Part shown: piece by piece, positions 6,651-12,707 of the stretch
Numbering within the stretch: the first letter of the stretch is position 1
How the letters are laid out: each line of letters begins with the position of its first letter
NCBI GenBank assembly: GCA_028275775.1
Contig: JAPWTZ010000013.1
Span: 1 to 12,707, forward strand
Length of the DNA stretch: 12,707 nt
Direction of reading: 5' to 3'
Source of the DNA: Candidatus Nanopusillus sp.
Lineage (GTDB): Archaea; Nanobdellota; Nanobdellia; Nanobdellales; Nanobdellaceae
Notes under the pieces: model-generated
Seen by the model: only the letters and a program-made list of their open reading frames with translations
Told to the model about the DNA's origin: nothing
Databases searched by the model: none
Program-made: the position numbers and the translations under genes

Positions 6651-6660
6651 CTTATAAAAT
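6651..6660. promoter_or_regulatory. Single TATA element shared by divergent rps11 and tRNA(CAU)
   Basis: CTTATAAAAT is the only strong TATA-like element in the 53-bp spacer. Its centre is about 27 nt from the rps11 ATG (6628) and about 27 nt from tRNA position +1 (6682). Confidence 0.45.
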
Positions 6661-6681
6661 TAAAAATAAGGAATTTATTAA

Positions 6682-6782
6682 GCCGCCGTAGCTCAGGGGT
6701 TGGAGCGCCTGGCTCATAACCTCTAAAATCGATGAGTTTGTGGGAAACCAGGAGGTCCGGGGTTCAAATCCCCGCGGCGGCA
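6682..6782 (+). tRNA. Intron-containing tRNA with anticodon CAU (elongator Met, or Ile2 if C34 is modified), no encoded CCA
   Basis: The sequence is GCCGCCG-TA-GCTC-AGGGGTTG-GAGC-G-CCTGG-CTCATA[intron]A-CCAGG-AGGTC-CGGGG-TTCAAAT-CCCCG-CGGCGGC-A. The mature length is 73 nt. It is not initiator-like because it has a G1-C72 pair and a U29-A41 pair in the anticodon stem. Confidence 0.9.
6719..6746 (+). other. 28-nt tRNA intron at the canonical 37/38 position with a bulge-helix-bulge motif
   Basis: Nucleotides 32-35 (CUCA, 6713-6716) pair with UGGG (6741-6744) to form the 4-bp central helix, which includes one G-U pair. Three-nt bulges flank it: UAA (6717-6719) and AAA (6745-6747). The inner helix is weak (CUC 6721-6723 with GAG 6734-6736). 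Confidence 0.75.
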
Positions 6783-6791
6783 TTTATAAAT

Positions 6792-7136
6792 TCATTTTAA
6801 TAACTTTTTCTCTATATATTCTCTTAATGCAATAGCATTATTATATGGAGATTTAGAAGAATAAAGTAAAGTGATATTTTCATTTTTTCTAATTAATTGT
6901 ATAAGTTCATTAATTTTTGAATTTTTATCTAATTCATCAAAATATTTCCTTTTAAATTCTTCCCATTTATTAGGATCATGATTATACCATTTTCTTAATT
7001 CATTACTGGGTGCTATATCTTTAAGCCAAATATCTACTTTATCCTTTTTAATACCCCTTGGCCATAATCTATCTACTAAAATTCTAATTCCATCATCTTT
7101 TTCTATAGGATCATATACTCTCTTAACTTTTATCAT
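6792..7136 (-). CDS. DUF488 / YeaO-family protein
   Basis: [27 protein letters not shown]...APSNELRKW...TLLYSSK closely parallels E. coli YeaO ([27 protein letters not shown]...TPSTELRK...TLLYSAK). Confidence 0.88.
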   Translation of the reverse strand: MIKVKRVYDPIEKDDGIRILVDRLWPRGIKKDKVDIWLKDIAPSNELRKWYNHDPNKWEEFKRKYFDELDKNSKINELIQLIRKNENITLLYSSKSPYNNAIALREYIEKKLLK

Positions 7137-7168
7137 ATCATATTATTTAGACCTCATTAACTAAAAAA

Positions 7169-8251
7169 TTAACTAGATGCATTGTATACTTGTTGCGGAT
7201 TAGTAAATTTGAAAAAGGCCCAACCAGAAGGACTAGAAGTTATACCATACGGAATAATAGTTTCATTATTTGGTAAGACCAATACATATCCTCCAATAAA
7301 ATCTGATCCATACTGATATAGTTTTGTTTCGAATGCTACTGTTCCTGTTGCATTTGGCCAATAAAATACAGGTGAATTTTCTGGTAAAAATACTGTTGTA
7401 TTTCCTGATAGTTGTGGTAATAATGCTGCCGTTGTTCCCGGTGTATTCATTGCTGCTACAAAGTTGGGTATCCATCCTTGGTATGTGTAGAATCCTGCAA
7501 TATTTGCTAAGTTTATTATATTTGCTTGTATTACATAATATGTTTGCCCATTTATTGTTATCTGTTGAATTGGTATTGGACCTTTAATTACATAAACATC
7601 TTGTAAAGGTAAATATGATTGTCCATTTAATGGATCTACAGGCCTTGCCCATGAATTATTACTTACCCACACACCATTTAATTGAGTTATTTCATTATGA
7701 TTATAAACTATCATGCCTGAATATTGACCATCCCATATTGTATTGTGTATTATAGTTCCATTATTTAGTATTAAATCACCTTCAGGATCTATATGTCCAT
7801 CATAATTTATTACACCTTTTGGTACAAATCCTTCATATCCAGTAGATCCTATATATTGTATATGTCCATTATTTGGAGGTATTAATCCATGTATTCCAGA
7901 TAATGTAAATAATACAAAAAAGGCAATACCAACTCCTACTAATGCATATCCTACAATTCTGCCTACAAGGCCTCCATATGCTCTTGTTGCATATAATCCT
8001 GCCATAAAAGAAGTTCTCATATAAAGCGGTAATGCTGCCATTGCAGCGCCTCCTATTATTGGCCAATATTCTGATATTCTATCTTTAACTTTTTTAAGTC
8101 CATAATAAGTTTTATCTCTTATTTCTCTTAATCTTTCGTCTAAATATTTTGGAAATTCTTTAATATTATTTTTAATTTTCCTAAAGTTAATTTTTGCATT
8201 ATTTTCTATTTTATTTAAAATACTGTCTAAATCATCATCAAATAGTTGCAT
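7169..8251 (-). CDS. Membrane-anchored protein of unknown family: N-terminal cytoplasmic helical region, 2-3 TM helices, and a C-terminal beta-rich exported domain of about 230 aa
   Basis: The 360-aa ORF has a charged N-terminus (about 60 aa) and a hydrophobic block from WPIIGGAAMAAL to IAFFVLFTLSG. The following domain is rich in G/P/Q/W/T/N and has only about 4 Lys, plus several N-x-S/T sequons. TTTTAAAG lies at -28..-21 from the ATG. Confidence 0.65.
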   Translation of the reverse strand: MQLFDDDLDSILNKIENNAKINFRKIKNNIKEFPKYLDERLREIRDKTYYGLKKVKDRISEYWPIIGGAAMAALPLYMRTSFMAGLYATRAYGGLVGRIVGYALVGVGIAFFVLFTLSGIHGLIPPNNGHIQYIGSTGYEGFVPKGVINYDGHIDPEGDLILNNGTIIHNTIWDGQYSGMIVYNHNEITQLNGVWVSNNSWARPVDPLNGQSYLPLQDVYVIKGPIPIQQITINGQTYYVIQANIINLANIAGFYTYQGWIPNFVAAMNTPGTTAALLPQLSGNTTVFLPENSPVFYWPNATGTVAFETKLYQYGSDFIGGYVLVLPNNETIIPYGITSSPSGWAFFKFTNPQQVYNASS

Positions 8252-8271
8252 ATTATATAGATTTGATAAAG

Positions 8272-8279
8272 CTTTAAAA
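8272..8279 (-). promoter_or_regulatory. TATA box for the 360-aa membrane protein gene (leaderless geometry)
   Basis: The minus strand reads cTTTTAAAGc at -28..-21 from the ATG at 8251. Confidence 0.5.
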
Positions 8280-8387
8280 GAATATCAATCTCCATAACCA
8301 TTAAATAAATAAACCTTTTTACGTAAGTTTTATAAATATTATTAACACTCTTTAAATGCATTAATAAAAATACATAACATCACTATT

Positions 8388-8402
8388 AAAAAGATAAATA
8401 AA
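8388..8402 (-). terminator. T-rich tract directly after the metallophosphoesterase stop
   Basis: The minus strand reads TAA-tttatttatcttttt, an oligo-T archaeal terminator candidate. Confidence 0.35.
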
Positions 8403-9074
8403 TTATATTTCAAAAATTAAAGGTTTCTTATGTATAGGAAATGCAACATTATATATTTCAGTATTATTTATTTTTGTTTTATAATTTTTTGAATGATGTA
8501 CATGTCCATGAAATCCATAAATAATTTTATCAGAATATTTTCTAATCATATTTTCTATATATTTTGAATATAATGACCATTCTGGTGCAGGATCTCCTAA
8601 AACAGTATCTCTAATCAAACCATAATGAGAAAAAACAATTATTTTTTTATTCAAACTATTAAATATATTTTCCAATTTCTTAGAATAATATTCTTTTATA
8701 TTTTCAATATTTATCATTTTCCATGTTCTCTCAGGAAAACCTTCAAATCCCAATAAATAATATTCTCCTAAATCATAATATTCATAATCCAACCAATTAA
8801 TAAAATTATATTCCTTTCTATAAAAATCTTTATCCTTTTCTCCACTTAATAAAAATGATGCTTCATTATTTCCAAAAGTTGAAAATATTTTTATATTTCC
8901 AAATTTACTATTTAATAAATAATATAGTTTCTTTATATAAATATGTTCCTTATTATCAATTATATCTCCACATAATATAACAAAATCTATTTTTTCATTA
9001 ATATTATTTAAACTCTCATAAAATTCTTTATAATATGTTGGTAAATGTAAATCTCCAGTTACCAAAAATTTCAT
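8403..9074 (-). CDS. Calcineurin-like metallophosphoesterase
   Basis: The ordered MPE motifs are present: GDLH (motif I), CGDIID (II), GNNE (III), FSHYG (IV) and GHVHH (V). Confidence 0.85.
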   Translation of the reverse strand: MKFLVTGDLHLPTYYKEFYESLNNINEKIDFVILCGDIIDNKEHIYIKKLYYLLNSKFGNIKIFSTFGNNEASFLLSGEKDKDFYRKEYNFINWLDYEYYDLGEYYLLGFEGFPERTWKMINIENIKEYYSKKLENIFNSLNKKIIVFSHYGLIRDTVLGDPAPEWSLYSKYIENMIRKYSDKIIYGFHGHVHHSKNYKTKINNTEIYNVAFPIHKKPLIFEI

Positions 9075-9094
9075 TGATAATCTATGAAGAAAAC

Positions 9095-9104
9095 TTTTAT
9101 ATAT
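9095..9104. promoter_or_regulatory. Single near-palindromic TATA element shared by the divergent metallophosphoesterase and 102-aa genes
   Basis: TTTTATATAT sits at the centre of the 48-bp spacer, about 21-29 nt from the ATG at 9074 (minus strand) and about 20-28 nt from the ATG at 9123 (plus strand). Confidence 0.45.
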
Positions 9105-9122
9105 TTAATATAACTATTCATA

Positions 9123-9431
9123 ATGGAAATATCTATAGAATTATTAAGGCCTGTAAATCCAACAGGTAGGAGTTTTATTACAAATGTATATGGAGCAATA
9201 GCAGCAAATAATAGGGAAATAATAGATAAATATAAAAAAGATGTAACAAAATTAATACAAAGGCTTGGATTTAAAATAGAAGAATCAATTGGGACTGGAA
9301 AATTAATAACTGGCACAATTGTAATTGTATTAGATGACAACACTAAAGAACCAAAGAAAATGTATACAAAAGATATTAAAATATGGAATATTGAAAAGGA
9401 ATATAATGAAAGAATAGAAGTAAGTTTATAA
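9123..9431 (+). CDS. Hypothetical soluble protein, 102 aa
   Basis: The K/E/I-rich composition is typical of cytosolic proteins in this window, and a well-placed TATA lies upstream. I prefer it to the overlapping antisense ORF 9071-9343. No family recognised. Confidence 0.6.
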   Translation: MEISIELLRPVNPTGRSFITNVYGAIAANNREIIDKYKKDVTKLIQRLGFKIEESIGTGKLITGTIVIVLDDNTKEPKKMYTKDIKIWNIEKEYNERIEVSL

Positions 9432-9454
9432 ATTCCAATGGTTTTTTATTTTTT

Positions 9455-9757
9455 ATGGATCCTGAGAAAGATGCAATAGAGCATGATAAAAGATTAAATG
9501 AAGAAGAATTAAAAATTATTAAAGATATTAAAAGAAATATTGATAAATTAAAAGATGGTATTAGTGAATTAGAAGCATTATTAGAAGAATTGGAAAAATT
9601 TGATAGTGAAGAAATAAAAAGACCTTTATTAAAAGAGGATGAGTATAAAATATTTATTAGAGTACTGGATATACAAAAGGTTTTACATAATAATATTGTA
9701 CTAATTACACAAGATCTATTAAGATATAAAATGCTATTAGATCAAGAAGTATTTTAA
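9455..9757 (+). CDS. Hypothetical coiled-coil protein, 100 aa
   Basis: Heptad-like charged and hydrophobic spacing is present (LKIIKDIKRNIDKLKDGISELEALLEELEKF). The stop abuts the next gene's ATG (TAA-ATG). No family recognised. Confidence 0.55.
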   Translation: MDPEKDAIEHDKRLNEEELKIIKDIKRNIDKLKDGISELEALLEELEKFDSEEIKRPLLKEDEYKIFIRVLDIQKVLHNNIVLITQDLLRYKMLLDQEVF

Positions 9758-10393
9758 ATGATAATTTCTATAGATTATGATGGAACACTCGTAGATAGCT
9801 ATACAGTTATACCTCTAATTTATGAAAAAATAAGAGAAGAATTAAATTTATATGAAGGATTTACTGAAGCAATGCTTGCAGTAGAAGATCTTGGAGATTA
9901 TTTTGGAATTTTTGAAAGAGGAAAATGGATAAGATTTTTAATAAAAGATAATCCTGATGAAATAATTGAATATTATTGGAAAACGAGAACAGAAAACCAA
10001 ATAATATTACCTGGAACCATTGAATTCTTAGAAAAATATAAAAATAAAGATCTATACTTAGTAACATCTAAAGATGATACAAAGGATATTAAAATAAAAA
10101 GAATTAAGAAAACAAATTTGGAAAAATATTTTAAAGATATATTAATTTATGGTACTGAGGAATTTAAAACAATTATTGATGTATTTGAATATTTAATAGA
10201 TATAGATAAAGATATAATATATATAGATGATAAAAATACAAATTTGTATCAAATAAAAAATAAATTAAATATAAAATTATTTAAAAGAATATATTATCCA
10301 CCATATCCATTAAAATTGGCATGGTATTATCCGGAAATAGATGTTCCGAAGATAATAAATATTTTTGAAATTGAAAAATATATTAAATTATGA
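9758..10393 (+). CDS. HAD-superfamily hydrolase
   Basis: Motif I is IISIDYDGTLVDS (DxDxT), motif II LVTSKDD, and a motif IV-like IIYIDDK follows. Length is 211 aa. Confidence 0.75.
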   Translation: MIISIDYDGTLVDSYTVIPLIYEKIREELNLYEGFTEAMLAVEDLGDYFGIFERGKWIRFLIKDNPDEIIEYYWKTRTENQIILPGTIEFLEKYKNKDLYLVTSKDDTKDIKIKRIKKTNLEKYFKDILIYGTEEFKTIIDVFEYLIDIDKDIIYIDDKNTNLYQIKNKLNIKLFKRIYYPPYPLKLAWYYPEIDVPKIINIFEIEKYIKL

Positions 10394-11088
10394 TAGTTAA
10401 ATTGGAAAATGTTGAAAAAATATATTATGTCGGGGGATATCCTATAAAGGCATTGGATAATGTAAGTTTAAAAATTAAAGAAGGAGAATTTTTATCAATA
10501 GTTGGACCATCCGGATCTGGAAAGTCTACATTATTAGCAATAATGGGTTGTTTAGATAGACCAACAAAAGGAAAAGTATATTTATTTGGCAAAGATATAT
10601 CAAAGTTAAATGATAATCAATTATCAGAATTAAGAAGAAAATATATTGGATTTATATTTCAACAATATTATTTATTTAATTATCTAAATGCATTAGAAAA
10701 TGTACAAATTGGTTTAAGGATTTCTGGAAATAAAAATTTAGAAAAAGCAAAAGAATTATTAAATAAAGTTGGATTGGGTGATAGATTATATAATTATCCA
10801 AATCAATTATCGGGAGGACAACAACAAAGAGTTGTTATTGCTAGAGCATTGGTAAATGATCCCAAATTAATTTTGGCAGATGAACCTACTGCAAATATTG
10901 ATGAAAAATCTGCAAAAGAATTATTAGATATATTAAAAAAATTAAATGAAGAAGAAAATAGAACAATTGTAATAGTAACACATGATTTAAGAGTAGCAGA
11001 AAAAACTAATAGGATAGTAGTAATAAGAAATGGAAAAATATTAAAAGATAATGCTACAATAGATGAAACATTAGAATTATTAAAATAA
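10390..11088 (+). CDS. ABC transporter ATP-binding protein, MacB/LolD (MJ0796-like) type
   Basis: Walker A is GPSGSGKST, the Q-loop FIFQQ, the signature LSGGQQQRV, Walker B LILADEPT and the H-loop VTHD. The start overlaps the HAD gene's stop (ATGA). Confidence 0.93.
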   Translation: MIVKLENVEKIYYVGGYPIKALDNVSLKIKEGEFLSIVGPSGSGKSTLLAIMGCLDRPTKGKVYLFGKDISKLNDNQLSELRRKYIGFIFQQYYLFNYLNALENVQIGLRISGNKNLEKAKELLNKVGLGDRLYNYPNQLSGGQQQRVVIARALVNDPKLILADEPTANIDEKSAKELLDILKKLNEEENRTIVIVTHDLRVAEKTNRIVVIRNGKILKDNATIDETLELLK

Positions 11089-11090
11089 TC

Positions 11091-11100
11091 TTATAAATAT
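11091..11100 (+). promoter_or_regulatory. Internal TATA box upstream of the CARDB-like gene
   Basis: TTATAAATAT lies at -30..-21 from the ATG at 11121, in the 32-nt gap after the ATPase gene. Confidence 0.45.
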
Positions 11101-11120
11101 TTTTCAAATATAATAATCTC

Positions 11121-12551
11121 ATGAAAAAAATTATCTATATATTTTTATTAACTCTTCTACTTTTTAGTATATATTCTTTACAAATAAATATTACAAAAAT
11201 ATCACCAACAATAGTAAATACAAATAATAATATAAATTTAGAAGTTTGTATAATAAATAATGGATTATCTCAGGCAAATACAATTAATTTAAATATATAT
11301 TATCCAAACTGTATATATTCAAATCAATCCTCAATTTATGTTCCATATTTAAATCCTGGAGATTCTTATTGTACTTCATTAAATTTATATGAAAACTGTA
11401 ATCCTGGAAGTTATGATATAATAATAAATGGGAGTTATTCAAACAATAATGGAGTTAGTGAAGTTTCACAGATATATCCAATATTTGTAGAAAATTTACC
11501 ATATATAACAATTAGTAATTATTATTATTCAAATAATTATTATGGAAGTATTGCAGATTTAATATTAAATATAACAAATTATGGAGAAGAAATATATAAT
11601 GTATTAATTCAATCAAATTTCTCCGCATGTTCATTAGAACCTTCTTCAATATATTTATCTAATTTATCTGGTTCTACATTAATTAATTTTCAATTATTAA
11701 TTCCACCAAATTATGCAAATAATTATTGTACAATTCCATTATTTATAATTTATCAAGATCCATTAGGAAATATTAACAATTATACAACATTTATTAATGT
11801 ACCAATTTTACCATCAAATAATAGATTAGAAGTTTTATATAATGTTGGATATTTAAATACTGGAGAAAATATAATTAATTTAACATTATATAATCCAACA
11901 AATTCAAATATATCAGATATTTCATTAACATTTACAGGTACAAATATTTCAATTGCAAATAATAACATTTATATTAATAATATATTACCAGGACAGGAAA
12001 TAAATATTCCAATAACAGTAATTGTAAATAATAATTTATATGGAACTATAACTATTCCATTTAATATTCAATATTATTCAAATTCAATATTATATAATTT
12101 AAATGGATATATTGTTGAAAATATAAATGCATATCCAAATATAACTTTATCTGGATCATATAGTTCTGGAACATTAACATTTAATATATTCAATTATGGA
12201 AATGCACCAGCATATAATATGTATATAAATGTTTATAGTTCTGGTAAGTGTATAATTTCACCAAATCAAGGATATATAGGAGAATTAGATCCTGGAAATT
12301 CAAATTCTGTTGTATTTACATTAAATAACAATTGTTATCCAAATACAACGATATATATACAAATATATTATAATGATATTTTTGGAAATAAATATACAAT
12401 GCTTTATAATACTTCTCTAGAATATCTTGGATATAATATTTATTATACAAAATCTTCTGGAAATATCTTAGTTGGTATAATAATATTGATTTTGATTTTT
12501 ATAGGTATAATATATTATATAATAAAAAGAAAGAAAAATGAAAATAAATGA
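11121..12551 (+). CDS. Secreted, C-terminally anchored surface protein with four CARDB/COG1361-like beta-sandwich repeats
   Basis: An N-terminal signal-like segment (MKKIIYIFLLTLLLFSIYS) and a C-terminal TM helix plus basic tail (ILVGIIILILIFIGIIYYIIKRKK) are present. Four units of about 105 aa each contain an hxhxhxNxGxxxhxNhxh strand pair (e.g. FNIFNYGNAPAYNMYINV) and an L(N/D/P)PG(D/Q/N)S turn. There are many N-x-S/T sequons and very few Lys. Confidence 0.7.
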   Translation: MKKIIYIFLLTLLLFSIYSLQINITKISPTIVNTNNNINLEVCIINNGLSQANTINLNIYYPNCIYSNQSSIYVPYLNPGDSYCTSLNLYENCNPGSYDIIINGSYSNNNGVSEVSQIYPIFVENLPYITISNYYYSNNYYGSIADLILNITNYGEEIYNVLIQSNFSACSLEPSSIYLSNLSGSTLINFQLLIPPNYANNYCTIPLFIIYQDPLGNINNYTTFINVPILPSNNRLEVLYNVGYLNTGENIINLTLYNPTNSNISDISLTFTGTNISIANNNIYINNILPGQEINIPITVIVNNNLYGTITIPFNIQYYSNSILYNLNGYIVENINAYPNITLSGSYSSGTLTFNIFNYGNAPAYNMYINVYSSGKCIISPNQGYIGELDPGNSNSVVFTLNNNCYPNTTIYIQIYYNDIFGNKYTMLYNTSLEYLGYNIYYTKSSGNILVGIIILILIFIGIIYYIIKRKKNENK

Positions 12552-12707
12552 TTATTTATTTTTAATATTAAAATATTTGAGGACAAAAAAGTTAAGGACT
12601 TTTTTAACATCTTTAGGAATTACAATTGGTATAGCTACAATATTTACATTAATTGCATTATCACAAGGATTACAATATTATGTTCAAAGTGAATTAAATA
12701 AATTTGG
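12538..12707 (+). CDS. FtsX/MacB-type ABC transporter permease, 3'-truncated by the window end
   Basis: This ORF is absent from the ORF track. It translates as MKINDYLFLILKYLRTKKLRTFLTSLGITIGIATIFTLIALSQGLQYYVQSELNKF. That matches the characteristic MacB/FtsX N-terminus (LRxxKLRxxLTxLGIxIGIA, TM1, then the start of the extracytoplasmic domain). It overlaps the preceding gene by 14 nt. Confidence 0.8.
   Translation, partial: MKINDYLFLILKYLRTKKLRTFLTSLGITIGIATIFTLIALSQGLQYYVQSELNKF

Noticed and set aside
6729-6737. A C-box-like GATGA(G) inside the tRNA(CAU) intron, suggesting an intron-encoded C/D guide as in some archaeal tRNA introns
   Set aside because: The intron is only 28 nt, it has no CUGA D box, and there is no room for a guide plus a second box pair.
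6682-6782. The tRNA(CAU) as the initiator tRNA
   Set aside because: Archaeal initiators have an A1-U72 pair and three consecutive G-C pairs at the bottom of the anticodon stem. This tRNA has G1-C72 and a U29-A41 pair, so it is elongator-type Met or Ile2.
7137-7168. GAGGT in the spacer between the 360-aa gene and DUF488 as a Shine-Dalgarno site
   Set aside because: It lies about 15 nt upstream of the ATG, too far for an SD interaction. Other internal genes in the window lack SD-like sequences, which fits leaderless or coupled translation.
8252-8301. A short upstream ORF (ATG at 8301, minus strand, about 24 codons) overlapping the start of the 360-aa gene
   Set aside because: It is out of frame with the main ORF, it begins upstream of the predicted TATA box so it would lie outside a leaderless transcript, and it has no supporting features.
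9071-9343. A 90-aa minus-strand ORF whose stop overlaps the metallophosphoesterase ATG in an ATGA arrangement, which looks like translational coupling
   Set aside because: It is antisense to the 102-aa plus-strand ORF. Its F/L/S/I/P-rich composition is what the reverse complement of K/E/I-rich codons produces. The plus-strand ORF has proteome-typical composition and a correctly spaced TATA box. Several antisense shadow ORFs of similar length occur elsewhere in the window. Ribo-seq would be needed to exclude it fully.
1-12707. CRISPR arrays, large inverted or direct repeats, or IS elements
   Set aside because: Reading both strands shows no regularly spaced direct repeats of 24-40 bp and no terminal inverted repeats flanking an ORF. 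The only tandem repeat is the in-frame 12-bp x3 unit at 4939-4974. The repetitiveness in 11121-12551 is at the protein-domain level, not DNA repeats.

Overview
This is a very AT-rich, tightly packed archaeal window. Sampled 60-nt lines are about 20% G+C, while the two tRNA genes are about 65% G+C with almost entirely G-C stems. One tRNA carries a canonical 37/38 bulge-helix-bulge intron. This pattern fits a hyperthermophilic, reduced-genome archaeon, possibly Nanoarchaeota or DPANN-like, but that placement is inference only. I support 19 protein genes: archease, a PEBP/YbhB-like protein, ribosomal proteins uS15 and uS11, two DHH/RecJ-like paralogs, an ASCH+HTH fusion, DUF488/YeaO, a metallophosphoesterase, a HAD hydrolase, several membrane or surface proteins, and a MacB/LolD-type ABC ATPase followed by a four-domain CARDB-like surface protein and an FtsX-type permease. 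I also support tRNA-Thr(CGU) and an intron-containing tRNA(CAU). The ORF track cannot show the clearest find, a textbook C/D box sRNA gene on the minus strand at about 704-751, in the archease/PEBP spacer. The best candidates for something undescribed are the ATPase/CARDB-like protein/FtsX module, the YqfB-like ASCH+HTH fusion coupled to a membrane protein, and a compositionally atypical 360-aa surface-anchored protein. I found no CRISPR array, transposase, integrase or recognisable defence gene.
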